Shown here: positions 1 through 11,531 of the stretch, piece after piece
How positions within the stretch are numbered: the stretch's first letter is position 1
How the letters are laid out: every line of letters starts with the position of its first letter
Source of the DNA: Macrostomum lignano
Taxonomy: Eukaryota
NCBI GenBank assembly: GCA_002269645.1
Contig: NIVC01003380.1
Location: forward strand, 1 to 64,000
DNA length: 64,000 bases
Reading direction: 5' to 3'
Translations under genes and position numbers: made by a program
Notes under the pieces: generated by a model
What the model was told of the DNA's origin: nothing
Database searches by the model: none
Seen by the model: the letters and a program-made list of their open reading frames with translations, nothing else

Positions 1-379
1 TTCATATAATTCATTCAAGTTAAATTTACTTCAAAGCTATTCACACATTTCAAGTGTTATCGAAATGTGGAATTGAAAACTTGCGATTATTATCACCCTT
101 TGAAGAAAGATAATAAAATGATCTATTCTTGAGTACCTATAATATTTCGCACCAACTTGAGCAGATGGTTTACAGATAATATACCAACAACCATGTCAAC
201 ATGCTTCTTTATACTTTATACACGAACACACAGACAGAAAATATTCAATAACTCAAACCAAGTCTACATTACACCAGTTGTTTGACTATACTTGCATTTT
301 AAGTCAAATGAAGCGATCACGTAAGCAGGAATTGGTCGAGCGCTATGTAAAAGAAGGTAAGATAATCACCTACTCTAAG

Positions 380-602
380 TTCAGTCTTTTAGATTGACTG
401 TCTGCTAGTTTGGTTTCTGTTTAGATTGATTCTCTGCTAGTTCGGTTTCTGTTTAGATTGATTCTTCGCTAGTTCAGTTTCTAGATTGATTCTCTGCTAG
501 TTCGGTTCCTGTTTAGATTGATTCTCTGTTAGTTCAGTTTCTCGATTGATTGACTGCTAGTTCGGTTCTCTTTTAGATTAAATGTTTGCTAGTTCAGTTT
601 CT
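380..602. repeat. Degenerate tandem repeat, about 7 units of 28-32 bp
   Basis: Unit AGATTGATTCTCTGCTAGTTCGGTTTCTGTTT recurs at about 391, 423, 455, 483, 515, 543 and 575. Confidence 0.85.
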
Positions 603-1669
603 ATATACATTGTATATACGCACCTATACCAAATTTTCCCTCATCCAATCATTATTACAGCATTCAAGAATGGTGTCTTCACGCAACCACCTCCAGATCA
701 GTGTAAACGCATTTGCCACGAGGCCACCACATCCAATTCTGCTGCAAGAGCATCATATTCTACATCTCTTGCCAGAGTAACCTCGATTCATATTGAGAGA
801 CAGACAACCGAGCTAGATCGCTCTTATGCAAGAACTGATGTTATTCAGTCAATTAGACAACAATCGAACCCGCGACCAACTGACCGAGACCAACTGCAGT
901 ATGCACCATTACCACCAGTCAGCTACAACAAACCAACAAAGCAAGCTCATAGTAGGCCTACAAATACCAAGCCAACGGCAGTACCTGTCACTATCATCAT
1001 CACTGTCACTGACACTGTCATCATTCTTCTTATATACTAAATCTGAAAATGTTTGTAACTTTGTTTATAAGTTTCGCATCTCCTCTTGAACCACTTGGTA
1101 GATTTTCGTCAAATTTGTTTCATTCGATGTGGAATTCTACTGGGATTATGTGGTCTAATTTTCATTTTGATGTCGTAGTGTGAAGCCTCTCAAATTGGAG
1201 AAATACTGTATTTCGCCTATCTAATTAGTGTATTTTTCTCGCAGTCAGAGTTAAATTTTCAATTTTATATCTATGGTGGTCCGTGAAGTTGACTACGCGG
1301 CCGCAGCATCAGCAGCAGCAGCAGCGGCGGCTCGAGTCTAAATAAAGTCTTTCAATATATAAAGCTAATTATATAGTGTATTTTTCTCGCATTGATTTTA
1401 TAACCTTGAAGTTCTTTAAGGTGAGTTCAACCGGTGAGTTCAACCGGTGAGTCTGTTCAACTTCGATTCATTCGTATTCGTGCTGGATTGGAGTGATTTG
1501 TCTGATCTTCTGTTTGTTTGTTTGTTTGTCAGCCTGAACCGGTCGACCTGTCTGATCTTCTGTTTGTTGTTCGATTATTTGTCGGCCTGAACCGGTCGAC
1601 CGGTCTCAACAATTTCATGTGAATGTGTCTCTTAGTTTTTGATACCTGGGCGCGGGTGTGCTGTCGCTC

Positions 1670-4600
1670 ATGCCGAAGAGGAAGCGAAAGAGTGAGTTAG
1701 TAAAGAGTCGGGAAGCAAAATTGCGTCGTCGGCAGGAAACAGCGGAGGAGCGTAATTCGCGGCTTGAGAAACAACTAGAGTATAGTCGGAAGCGTATACA
1801 GAACGAATCCATAAGTGCACGGTCTGACAGGTTAGATGCCGCGCGTGTTCGCTCAATTACTCAAACGGCTAAAAACTAATTTCGGCGAAGTTCAAGCGCA
1901 TGTCTGCGCATTGGAGTACCAGAAGCGTGGCCTTCCACACGTGCACATTCTTCTTTGGTTGGCACCTCAGTATCGAGTTACACCAGACAAATATGATCAG
2001 TTCGTCTCAACAGAGATCCCGGACCCTAGCAAGCAGCCTGTTCTTTATCAGCTGGTTCGAACACACATGATCCATGGTCCTTGCGGAGCTCTCAACCCTA
2101 GGTGTTCTTGCATGGAAAAAATAGTTGTTCGAAGAATTTTCCAAAAGACTTTTTACCTGAGACGCTCGTGAATGATTCCGGCTATCCTTTTTACCGGAGA
2201 CGGTCCCCTGTGATGGGAGGCTTCACTGTCACAAAGCAATGCAGCGGTCGTCAGGTTGAAATGGACAATCGATGGGTTGTGCCTTATAATCCTGATCTAT
2301 TGAGAGAATTCGCATGTCACTTAAATGTTGAAGTATGTGCGACCGTCAAGGCCGTCAAATATATAATTAAATATTTGCTAAAGAGTGGTGACATGGCAAC
2401 ATTTAAAGTTTCCAGAATCGATGAAAAGCAAGATCCACAAGAGCAACCCAAGCCACAACAGCATCAACAAGAACAACAGCAGCAGCAACGAGAACAGCAA
2501 TCAGAACAGCGAATGCCACAGCAACAAGAACAACAGGAGCAGCCACAGGAGCATCCGGCAGAACCAACCGTGGTCAACGAAATCGCCGAGTATTTATCGT
2601 CCAGATACATAGGCCCAATGGAAGCAGTAAATACAATCTTAGGCTTCCAAATCCACAACCGCTTTCCAGCAGTAATCAGACTTTGCGTTCATTTACCAGG
2701 TCAGCAGCCGGTTTACTTCAATGAAGAAAATGCACGCGCCAAAGCACGCACACCAAGTGACTCAATGCTTACAGCATTTTCAAACTCTGTTGCGTCGACG
2801 AGTTTGCTAAACGGTTGCTTTATATCGAAGCACCATCTTACTATGTATGGCACAAGGAAGCAAAGGAATGGCGTCGTGCTCAGCAAGGAACTTCAGTTAG
2901 TGGCTTTCGTGGTGTAAAACGCACTACTAACATTGCCCGCATGTACACAGTGAGTCCAAGAACGGGCGATTTGTTTTACCTCCGGCTGTTGCTGCTGCAC
3001 GTTAGAGGACCCACATGCTACAAACATTTGCGCACTGTGGACGAAGTCGAACACACGACGTATAGGTCTGCATGCGTTGCTCGGCAGCTATTGGAGCACG
3101 ACTATCACTGGAGACTCAGTTTGAATGAGGCCGCTCCGACACGAATGCCCAAGGCCCTGCGTCATTTATTCGCGGTCATCTTAGTCTGGGGCGAACCAGT
3201 TGATGCTACTGAACTGTGGCGGGATTTCTCCGAGTTCATGAGTGAAGATTGGCGCTATCGAAACTCGGTTTAAATGATGACGAGGTGACGACTTGGTTCT
3301 TCGAGAGCTTCAGTCGATGATTAAGTTCATGGGAGGTCGCAATCTACCAGACTATGGTCTACCAGCAGCAAGCGAAATACCCAAGGCTGGGCCAATCCAG
3401 TTCGATCCGATGGAACAGTCTGACATCTTAACTGAACGATTGCCTTTGCTTACTGACGAACAGAGAAGCATATACGATCAAGTTATTACTAACATTTCGA
3501 ACAAAACTGGTGACTTGCAATTTGTCGATGCGCCGGCTGGAACAGGCAAAACCTACTTGCTGGAAGTTATCCTTTCGTTTGTCCGCAGCCGAGGGCAGAT
3601 GGCTCTTGCTGTAGCGTCCTCCGGAATTGCGGCCACCCTGCTTCCTGGGGGTCAAACTGCACATTCGGTGTTCAAGATTCCGGTAAGGACTATGAGATTC
3701 GAAAGGGAAGTATGTTCCGTTGGTGCTCAATCCAAACTGGCGTCCATCTTCAGAAAAACCGAGCTTATTGTGTGGGATGAGATATCGATGGTTAACAGAA
3801 AAGATCTGGAAGCGGTTGATCGAAGTTTAAGAGACATTAGAGATAATGAAGCTCCGTTTGGCGGAATAACAGTTGTTTGTTGTGGCGACTTTCGGCAGCT
3901 GCTGCCGGTCGTAAAACATGGAACACGCGCAAACAATGTAATCGCCTGTGTAAGTCGATCAGCTCTGTGGTTAAAGTTTCAAAGACATCACTTGACACGA
4001 AACATTCGACTTTTTAACAGTGGCTCTGTCGATCAATCGGCAAACTGGTAAGCTGAGTTTCTACTTCGGGTAAGTTACTTTCGAATTATTGAAAGCAGGA
4101 TGTGACAGTGGGTCTCATACTTTACTCTATTTTGTTTCTAACCATTTTAGGTTGGCGAAGGTTCGATACCGAGTGATTCAGACGCCAATATCGTGCTACC
4201 ACCCGAAATCGTTTTGCCTGGTGACGCTACTGATGTTGATTTGATCCGGTTTGTATACCCAACGTTCGCTGGGATCGAAAACAGGGAGAAGTTGTTTGAG
4301 AGCCGCGTCATTTTAGCTCCACTAAACGACTCCGTTGATAAAATTAACGATGCATGTTTAGATTTATTTCCAGGCGTTGATCGCGAATATAGATCAATTG
4401 ACAGTGTCGAGGATGAGGATGACTTGACGCACTATCCACCTGAAGTGCTGAATAGTATGGACGCACCTGGATTGCCAAAGCATCGGCTTTGTCTCAAATG
4501 CGGGATGCCTGTAGTTCTACTACGAAACTTAAACCCACCACGACTGTGCAACGGAACACGATTAATCATTAAGGAATTGCGAAACAATATCTTACAATGT

Positions 4601-4906
4601 CAAATTGCTGCTGGTCAATTCAAAGGCGAAACAGTTTTGTTGCCGCGCGTACCATTGATACCAAGTAATTTGGATCTACCTGTTAAGTTCAGAAGGCTAC
4701 AATTTCCTCTACGACCCTGTTTCTGCATGACTATTCATAAAGCACAAGGCCAATCCCTTGACGTAGTTGGAATTGACCTTGCAGGTAGCTGTTTTGCGCA
4801 TGGACAGCTCTACACTGCACTTTCCAGAGCAAAAAATGTTTGTAATGTTCGAGTTCGAATGTGCGGCGAAAGAACCAAAAATATCGTTTACCCAGAAGTT
4901 TTTTGA
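1670..4906 (+). pseudogene. Helitron RepHel (HUH Rep plus PIF1-family SF1B helicase), disrupted
   Basis: Basic N-terminus (MPKRKRK...). HUH motif EYQKRGLPHVHILLW and motif YIIKYLLK. Helicase motifs DAPAGTGKT, IVWDEISM, CGDFRQLLPV and TIHKAQGQSL. One intron at about 4071-4150 (EFLLR|VGEG). Split by frameshifts near 1850, 2130, 2810 and 3275 and by an in-frame TAA at 4049-4051. Confidence 0.92.
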
Positions 4907-5159
4907 ATTGGACGTCTTTATTATCTATTAATAATTTTTTACAATTCAATGTAAAAAAAATATGTTGCTATTTTACTACGAGCCACGATTAAATATTGAA
5001 AGTGCATGCTGTCACCCAAAACGTCTATGAGAAAATGTGTGTCCTGAAACTGTATTTTTCGCGGAATGCATAAGCTTGAGATGCATTTCTAGCTTAAGAT
5101 GAATTTATAGCTGCAAGTAGTAAATTCCATTAAATTTGTCTTCATCGTTATGTTAAAAG

Positions 5160-6330
5160 ATGGCAAGCAAGCTAAGCAAGTTAACGATTTCTTCTCTTTC
5201 TGTCGGTCCCATGCGCGGCGTAGTCTCCGGAATTACTTCGTTAAGAACTGAGGTAAGCTTCCATAATTTGCTATTTTGCTTCATATATATACTTTTTTTA
5301 TAAAATCAATCCACTTAAACAACATCGTTTTTTACTAAACCAGATTAGGGATGGCAAGAAGAACAAATGGTTTTCGTTTTTGATGTCAGATGAGTCAGGT
5401 GAAATCAGAGTGGCAGTTTTTGGCGATGAGTTGCAAGAACACTGGAGCATTTGCGAAAACGGGCAAACAATCTCCATCCGTGAAGGAATGGTAAAGTGTG
5501 CTAATCCAAAATTCAACCGAACAAGCAATATGCATGAAGTTACTCTGTCAATCAATGAGGATAACAAGGACTCTCTCCGCCAGTGTAGCGATGCGATAGT
5601 TCCCATAAATGGTCCGTTCAAAGCGCTCTCCGAACTACCAAGAATTGGAGTGAATGGGTAAGTCCATCCTCAAAATGTAGAATAAACAGGAAGATATATA
5701 TACTTCACACATTTTCATTCTTTATATTTTCAGTTTTGTTGATGTTCTCGGTGTCATTGTCAAAGTAGAACAACCCGTTGACGTCAACACGCGTTCCGGA
5801 AAGTTGGTGCAGCTCGCAAAAGTCTGCATCGTAGACAAATCTGGTTTTCAGACTTTTTGCAACTTCTGGGACGCCTCTGCTACCCAGGTACATTTGTGGA
5901 GACCAGGAGACGTAGTCGCCATTAGAAAAGCCAAGATTCAAGAGTACGCCGGCTCGCTTTGTCTTGGTTGCTCATCATCAACTATTTCGTATTCGCCTGT
6001 TCACGACACTGCTCAAGATCTGAAAACCTGGTACGAAGAGTCCGAGAGCAGCACCCAATTTCTACCGCTAGCTAATAGCTCAACTATGGACATTACTGAC
6101 ACCGCAGCTGACGACGTGCTTGCATTTGAATTCCCAGCGTCGATGCAGCCGCATATCGACCGGATGCGTCGAGTTGTTATCCGCTGTGGAGCGCAACGGG
6201 TACTTATATATACATATGTATATTAACGGGTATGATTTGACTTTTTAATAGTTTGTACTTGAAGAACACATTAATACACTTTCCATTTTAGTACGTTGGC
6301 CTGTTGAACATTTGTAACGAATTCCTATGA
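5160..6330 (+). CDS. Helitron-borne RPA70-like ssDNA-binding protein (two OB folds), 4 exons, about 303 aa
   Basis: Exons 5160-5252, 5344-5657, 5734-6199 and 6292-6330 join in phase with GT-AG introns. FSFLMSDESGEIRVAVFGD resembles RPA70 DBD-A. FVDVLGVIVKV...DKSG...NFWD...VVAIRKAKIQEY...LKTWYE resembles DBD-B. Confidence 0.8.
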
Positions 6331-6889
6331 AAGATGGAAAGCTTACGGGAAACTCCCTGAAAAATACGGGAATCTGCTACAACCCCAAGTAACCGAGGAT
6401 ATTTTATGGTTAAATAATTATTTAGGATATGCTGCAAGTAATTTTAGGTTGCTGTTTAAGTTAATCGTTGTCGATTACGTTAAGATTCAATGCTGCTGAA
6501 AATTTCAATTTGCTAGATCAAACTTTTGTTCTCAAACTTTCAAGCAAATTAACTACTACTTAAATTTGTTCCAGAATTTTTAATCGAATAAAACTAAACT
6601 AACCCAACTAACTAAACTATACTAACTAACTAAATTCACCCGCAAAAATACAATTGTAACCTTATGCCACATGCTAAAAGTAATAATTAAAAGCGAGTCT
6701 CTGAAATAAAAAGTGATAAGTTTGCCCGCAATAACTTCAACATGTCCATGGTCGGATGCTTTTCTTACTTGTTCTGTATATCAGCATACTTTTGAGTACA
6801 AAATGGACGTCGGTTTTATTTGATTGTTAATTTAGGCCTTAAAAATCCAATGGAAGATTGCGTCTAATCCAAAGAGAACTGTACAGTCT

Positions 6890-6916
6890 CCCCCCGAAGG
6901 GGGGCAAATTCTCTAG
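6890..6916 (+). terminator. Helitron 3' terminal hairpin and CTAG (rolling-circle termination signal)
   Basis: C6-GAA-G6 palindrome followed 8 nt later by CTAG|T. Confidence 0.85.
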
Positions 6917-7140
6917 TTTTATATACTAAATCTCTAATCTATGTCTGTCCGTGTAAAACGCTCTACAGACTGCAATTCTTGACCAATTTCGAACGCGTTT
7001 TCACCAAAAAGTTGCAACTCAACCAAGGATTGTATGGTTAACATTTCTTTTATCTGCTTCAATTCTAAAGGTCTTAAATATTGAAAAAACTGTATTTTCC
7101 CTATCTAATTAGTGCATTTTTCTCGCAGAGAGCTCAAAAA
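6917..7140 (+). mobile_element. 5' end of a second, related Helitron directly abutting the first
   Basis: TTTTATATACTAAATCT matches the head at 1028. The block ACTGTATTT..CCTATCTAATTAGTG.ATTTTTCTCGCAG at about 7089-7127 matches about 1205-1245. No matching 3' end was identified. Confidence 0.7.
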
Positions 7141-9058
7141 ATAATAATACGTTTATGGCCATAGACTAAACTTTAACTTCTTGAGCTGATGCTACGAGCT
7201 ATAAATAATTAAATATTTGCAAGCTTCAGTTTATGCACGTGGGAGATAAAATACGCGTATAATAAATTAATTTTCATTTATTTGTAGCTTGTGCCTGCCT
7301 GGACTAATCGCTAAATTGCAGACGATGCAAAATCTTCGTTGCATTGATGTGCAAAAGACTGCCAATATCTATCGAAAATTGATTATATAATGAGCCGTAC
7401 AATTATTGAAAGGATCATTGCAGCTTCCTGAGGATACTGAGGGGCCAGCAAAGAGGAAAACTGCAGACTGCTGAGAATGAGAATTGTTGTTTCTCCTCAG
7501 CAGGTTGCTGAGGAGAACTGCAGATTGTCGAAGGGATCATTCATTTAGACTGCCAAGTTGAAAAACGAAAAACTGCTGAGGTTGTTCCTCAAGACTTATG
7601 AGTGTATAGCTGCAAACTTCCGATGGGATAACTATTTACAGAGTTTTAGTGGATAATAACTGCAGACTGCTGAATGAATTATTGTATTTTGCAGATGTTA
7701 ATGAAAGTTGTAGACGGCAAAGTGGATAACTGCAGGCTGTTATTAGTATGACTGTCTGTTTTGCGGGATTAGAAGGAATAGCTAATTTCAAGAATTACTG
7801 AATTGCTGTAGACAGGCAATAACAAGCATAGGCTAAGCAGAAGGTCGGCAGTTCGAGTCTGCATTGAAGCTATGCAAACTATTTTGCAAGCTTATTTGGC
7901 TATGGTCGCGGTAACGGCGCATTAGAAGCTGCATCTGATGATGGAAAAGCTCGAGCGATGTCCCATTTCGCGAGCCAGCGATTCACGAGCTCTGCAGTGA
8001 AGTTAGTATATTGATTCATTAATTTGTTGATAGTAACAAAAGATATAAAAAGTGTGCAATTTTTTAAATAATTGCCGCATACAGGCACTACATCATGACG
8101 AACATATTTTAAGTATACATGCAATTCTCCTTCACAGATAGTGGACGAGTCCTATTACAAGCTTCACAAAGCGTTTCGCACAGAGAATCTCAGATGCTCT
8201 GATGATGAGAAACTTCAGTATGCGATGTTCAGCAGCAATTTTGTGTTCGACTTGTTGTCTGCAAGACCTGTTTAAGCCGATCGTATCACTAATGGAAATC
8301 GCACAGGACCTTCAGATGTCGCACTGGAAGGTGTCCCTGCTGGTCGACCAAGTCGCGAAGTTTCTACTCGATTGGTCTACAACCTTCCGTGTTGAAGACT
8401 ATCTGCGACTTCAGGTAAAATTCATATACTGTATTACAATTTAAATGGAATAGTTTTATGAGAGCTTGATCATTATTGTGTCCTTCGCACTTCATTGCAA
8501 CTCAGGCATGCCATCAGTCAATCCTACCTGGAGGGTCCTATAAGTCCATGAAGCTGCTTGAGGGCTGGATTGTCCAGCCAAATACCACAGGTGTGCACTA
8601 GAAACACCCCACGGACTTTACTTGGCAGCAATTTTACTTGGCGTCTCTGTGATCCCCAAGATGTCGAACAGGCAAATAGTAGAATCATTTGTAACTGTGG
8701 CAATAAGTCGAGTGTGCATGGTTTGTTATTTTAAATCAAAATACTGCTTCTTCTGCTGCCTTTATGAGACATCATAAATTTGGCCGCAGCACTCCACTGC
8801 TCATTTTTGGCACATATGGAAAAATGTCTAAAGCGGGATCCGTCTTTTGCCATGGATGTGGCTAATGCCATCTGCCTTCTGGCCACTGAAAATTTAGATG
8901 AAGTGGTGGAAGGCAAGATTAACGCTCCTGAGATGCAGCAGCTCGTACGTCTAGCTTCACAGCGCAAGAAATCTATACTTTGAGAGACGCTGGCTCGAAA
9001 GTACACAGAGTCATTTATAATGACGATTCACCACTCCTTCATGCCTAGTGAAGGCCGC

Positions 9059-9318
9059 TGTTATGTCCTCTTCTTCTTCTTCTATACCGACTATTGCCTC
9101 CAGGCTACCATCTGACATCAAAGTCAAGTCGAAGAAGCATTATTTAAAATACGAGCTGTTCACAAGCTTTATTTGCCTCTAGCCGGCGCACGTCTTGCTT
9201 GCCCTTTGTAATACTGTTAGCATTCGGCTCTTAAAGAAATAAAAGATTGTACTCTAGACTATAGACAAAAGAAGGGAAGCATTATTGCATTTGCTAAATT
9301 AAAAGTCCATACACAACA
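9059..9318 (-). repeat. 3' LTR (260 bp)
   Basis: Direct repeat of 11275-11531, roughly 95% identical by eye with one 3-bp indel. Adjacent to the purine tract AACAAAGGGGGAA on the minus strand. Confidence 0.92.
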
Positions 9319-9336
9319 TTCCCCCTTTGTTAATTA

Positions 9337-11274
9337 TTATCTCAACCGGTCCGGTTTCTGCAATTTGTCTCTGTCCCTTAGTCGTCTAGGTTCTTTAGCC
9401 GATGTGTCAGTGCTCTTGCCACGAGTTCCGTCTGAGTCGGTTGTCTGTGGTTCGTCCTGCACGGGCACGCTTTGGGCTGCTGGATTTGAGATGTCCTCAC
9501 TCTGCATTTGCTCACGAGCCAAGTCAGTCTGATCGTCCTGATGCCTCTTCATGATTGGTGGAATTCGGGTGGGAAGAACGTCTGTCTTGACAATTTGATC
9601 AACGTGCCTCTTCCAGATTTGCCCGTTGACCTGCAGTCTGTAAGACATTGGTCCTGTGCGGGTGACCACCTCGGCAGGAATCCATCTGTTCTCTTTCTCC
9701 CTTCTGAAATCAAGCGTCAGAAGTTTTTCTCCCTCCTGGAACTCATGCCTCACTGATTTTCCATCGCGCTTGAGAACAGGAACGATTGGCGATGCGAAAT
9801 CCGATGCCTTCACCTTCGTGATGATTCCTTGGGCTTGCAAACTCTTGAGCTCGTCCTCAATGAGACCTTTGATTGCAAATGGAACTGGCCGACTTTTGAA
9901 ATACTTTGGTATTGAATTCTCCTTCAGCACTATATTGGCCTTCAATCCTTCAATGGTTCCCAATGTCTCAGCAAACACTTGCTCATGCCTCCTTACCAAT
10001 AGATCTATAGGCTGGACTAATGTGGTCACGTTCACACTCGCAAACTTGTCCCAGTCAATCTTGATCTTAGAAAGCCAGTCGCGTTCAAGCTGATTTACTC
10101 GTTCTCCTTTGCCATCAGTACAGGCAATTGGTAAAGCCTGACGTTGTGGCTAACCACGTCAATTGTTGCATCACCTAATACTGGGATTGAGTGATCCGTG
10201 TAGCTGGACAACCTTATGGTAGTCCTTGAAAGCTTCAGGCCAAGTTGCTTGCTGGTCTTCTCGTTGATCAGGGTTTTATCCACACCAGTATCCACTTGAA
10301 ATCTTACAGCTTTTCCGTTCAGTTCCAGTTCGCACTCGTATGGTGGAGAAGTGACATGCGCGACCTGTCCAGTCGAGCACACTGTGACTTCAAAGCACCC
10401 CTGTGGTGTCCCTGACTCGTACAGTTTGAGTCCCTGCTGTCTGAGCTGGTTGAACTAGTGCATAGTGCACTCTGCCGTGTCTCTTATGTCTGGACGAGCT
10501 GAGTTTCTTTTGCTTTCCACCTCCGGAATCTTTAGTCCTGTCCTTTGTGCGGCAGGCATCACTTTTATGTCCCACTCGACCGCACTTGCTGCACGTCTTG
10601 CTACGGTAGGGGCAGTTCTTTGCCCAGTGATCTTGTGCATTGCAGCGGAAGTATCCAGATTGATTATTTCTGTTGTTCTTCTCTGACAAGCCGTCTGTCA
10701 GATTTTTACTGGCTCTTGAAGACTTCACCGCCTGGATTGCACCGGTTGACAAAATTGTCACCACACCTCTTTACGCTGCTTCTATCGCAGTCGCAAGAGT
10801 AAGTGCTCCAGTTAGTGTCAGTGTGTCTTCTTGCAACAGACGCTGCTGTGTCAGGCGATTCCTTAGGCCGACAACGAACCTGTCTCTCAGTGCCTCGTCC
10901 AAGAATTCATTAAAACCACACGTGGCAGCCAACTTCCGCAGACTTGCGATGAAATTGCTCACATTTTCTCCTTCATGTTGGGCTCTGCTATGGAAGTTGA
11001 ATCTCTCGACAACGATCTTAGGCCTTGGGTTAAAATGCTCCCCCAGGGCCTTGACTTGATCGTCGAAGTTCACATCCTTGGGCTTCTTTGGTGACAGCAG
11101 GTTGCGGAGCAATTGATAGCAGTCATTACTAATCACTGTAATCATATTTTCTGACTTATGTGCCTCCTCGGTCACTTTGTTTACGACGAGAAACTGCTCG
11201 AGTTGTTCTTTATAAGCTTCCCATTGCTCCGGTTTAGCCACGTCGAACTCTCCGATTTTTACACTCGTCGCCAT
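9337..11274 (-). pseudogene. gag-pro-(deleted pol) of the LTR element
   Basis: Gag MATSVKIGEFD...ERFNFHSRAQHEGE...LRDRFVVGL. Knuckles CNAQDHWAKNC and CSKCGRVGHKSDAC. Protease RFQVDTGVDKTLI. RT start FASPIVPVLKRDGKSVR joined directly to HEFQEGE...WIPAEV...YRLQV..WKRHVDQI. Premature stop at 10771-10773 and frameshifts. Confidence 0.9.
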
Positions 11275-11531
11275 TGTTATGTCCTTTTCTTCTGCTTCTA
11301 TACCGCCTATTGCCTCCAGGCTACCATCTGACATCAAAGTCAAGTCGAAGCATTATTTAAAATACGAGCTGTTCACAAGCTTTATTTGCCTCTAGCCAGC
11401 GCACGTCTTGCTTGCCCTTTGTAATACTGTTAACCTTCGGCTCTTAAAGAAATAAAAGATTGTACCCTAGACTATAGACAAAAGAAGGGAAGCATTAGTG
11501 CGTTTGCTAAACCAAAAGTCCATGCACAACA
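11275..11531 (-). repeat. 5' LTR (257 bp)
   Basis: Direct repeat of 9059-9318. Followed on the minus strand by PBS TGGCGACGAG, complementary to the 3' end of tRNA-Ser(GCU), which overlaps the gag ATG. Confidence 0.92.

Larger units (their letters stand above)
1028..6916 (+). mobile_element. Helitron (rolling-circle transposon), formerly autonomous and now decayed
   Basis: 5' end TCTTATATACTAAATCT at about 1028 (exact first base uncertain by a few nt). Contains Rep/PIF1 helicase and RPA coding regions. 3' end has the CCCCCC-GAA-GGGGGG hairpin (6890-6904) followed by CTAG (6913-6916) and T. Confidence 0.9.
9059..11531 (-). mobile_element. Internally deleted Ty3/Gypsy (Mag-clade-like) LTR retrotransposon
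   Basis: TG...CA LTRs at 9059-9318 and 11275-11531. 5-bp TSD GCCGC/GGCGC. PBS TGGCGACGAG (11264-11273), PPT at 9319-9331. Gag with two CCHC knuckles, protease VDTG, and an RT N-terminus fused to an integrase C-terminus. Confidence 0.93.

Noticed and set aside
582-1089. ORFs of 152, 64 and 87 aa upstream of the Helitron
   Set aside because: No recognisable motif or consistent splice model, and they run into the Helitron 5' end.
7825-7862. tRNA-like T-arm GCAG-TTCGAGT-CTGC preceded by AAGGTCG
   Set aside because: No acceptor stem or D-arm can be folded. At most a tRNA-derived SINE remnant.
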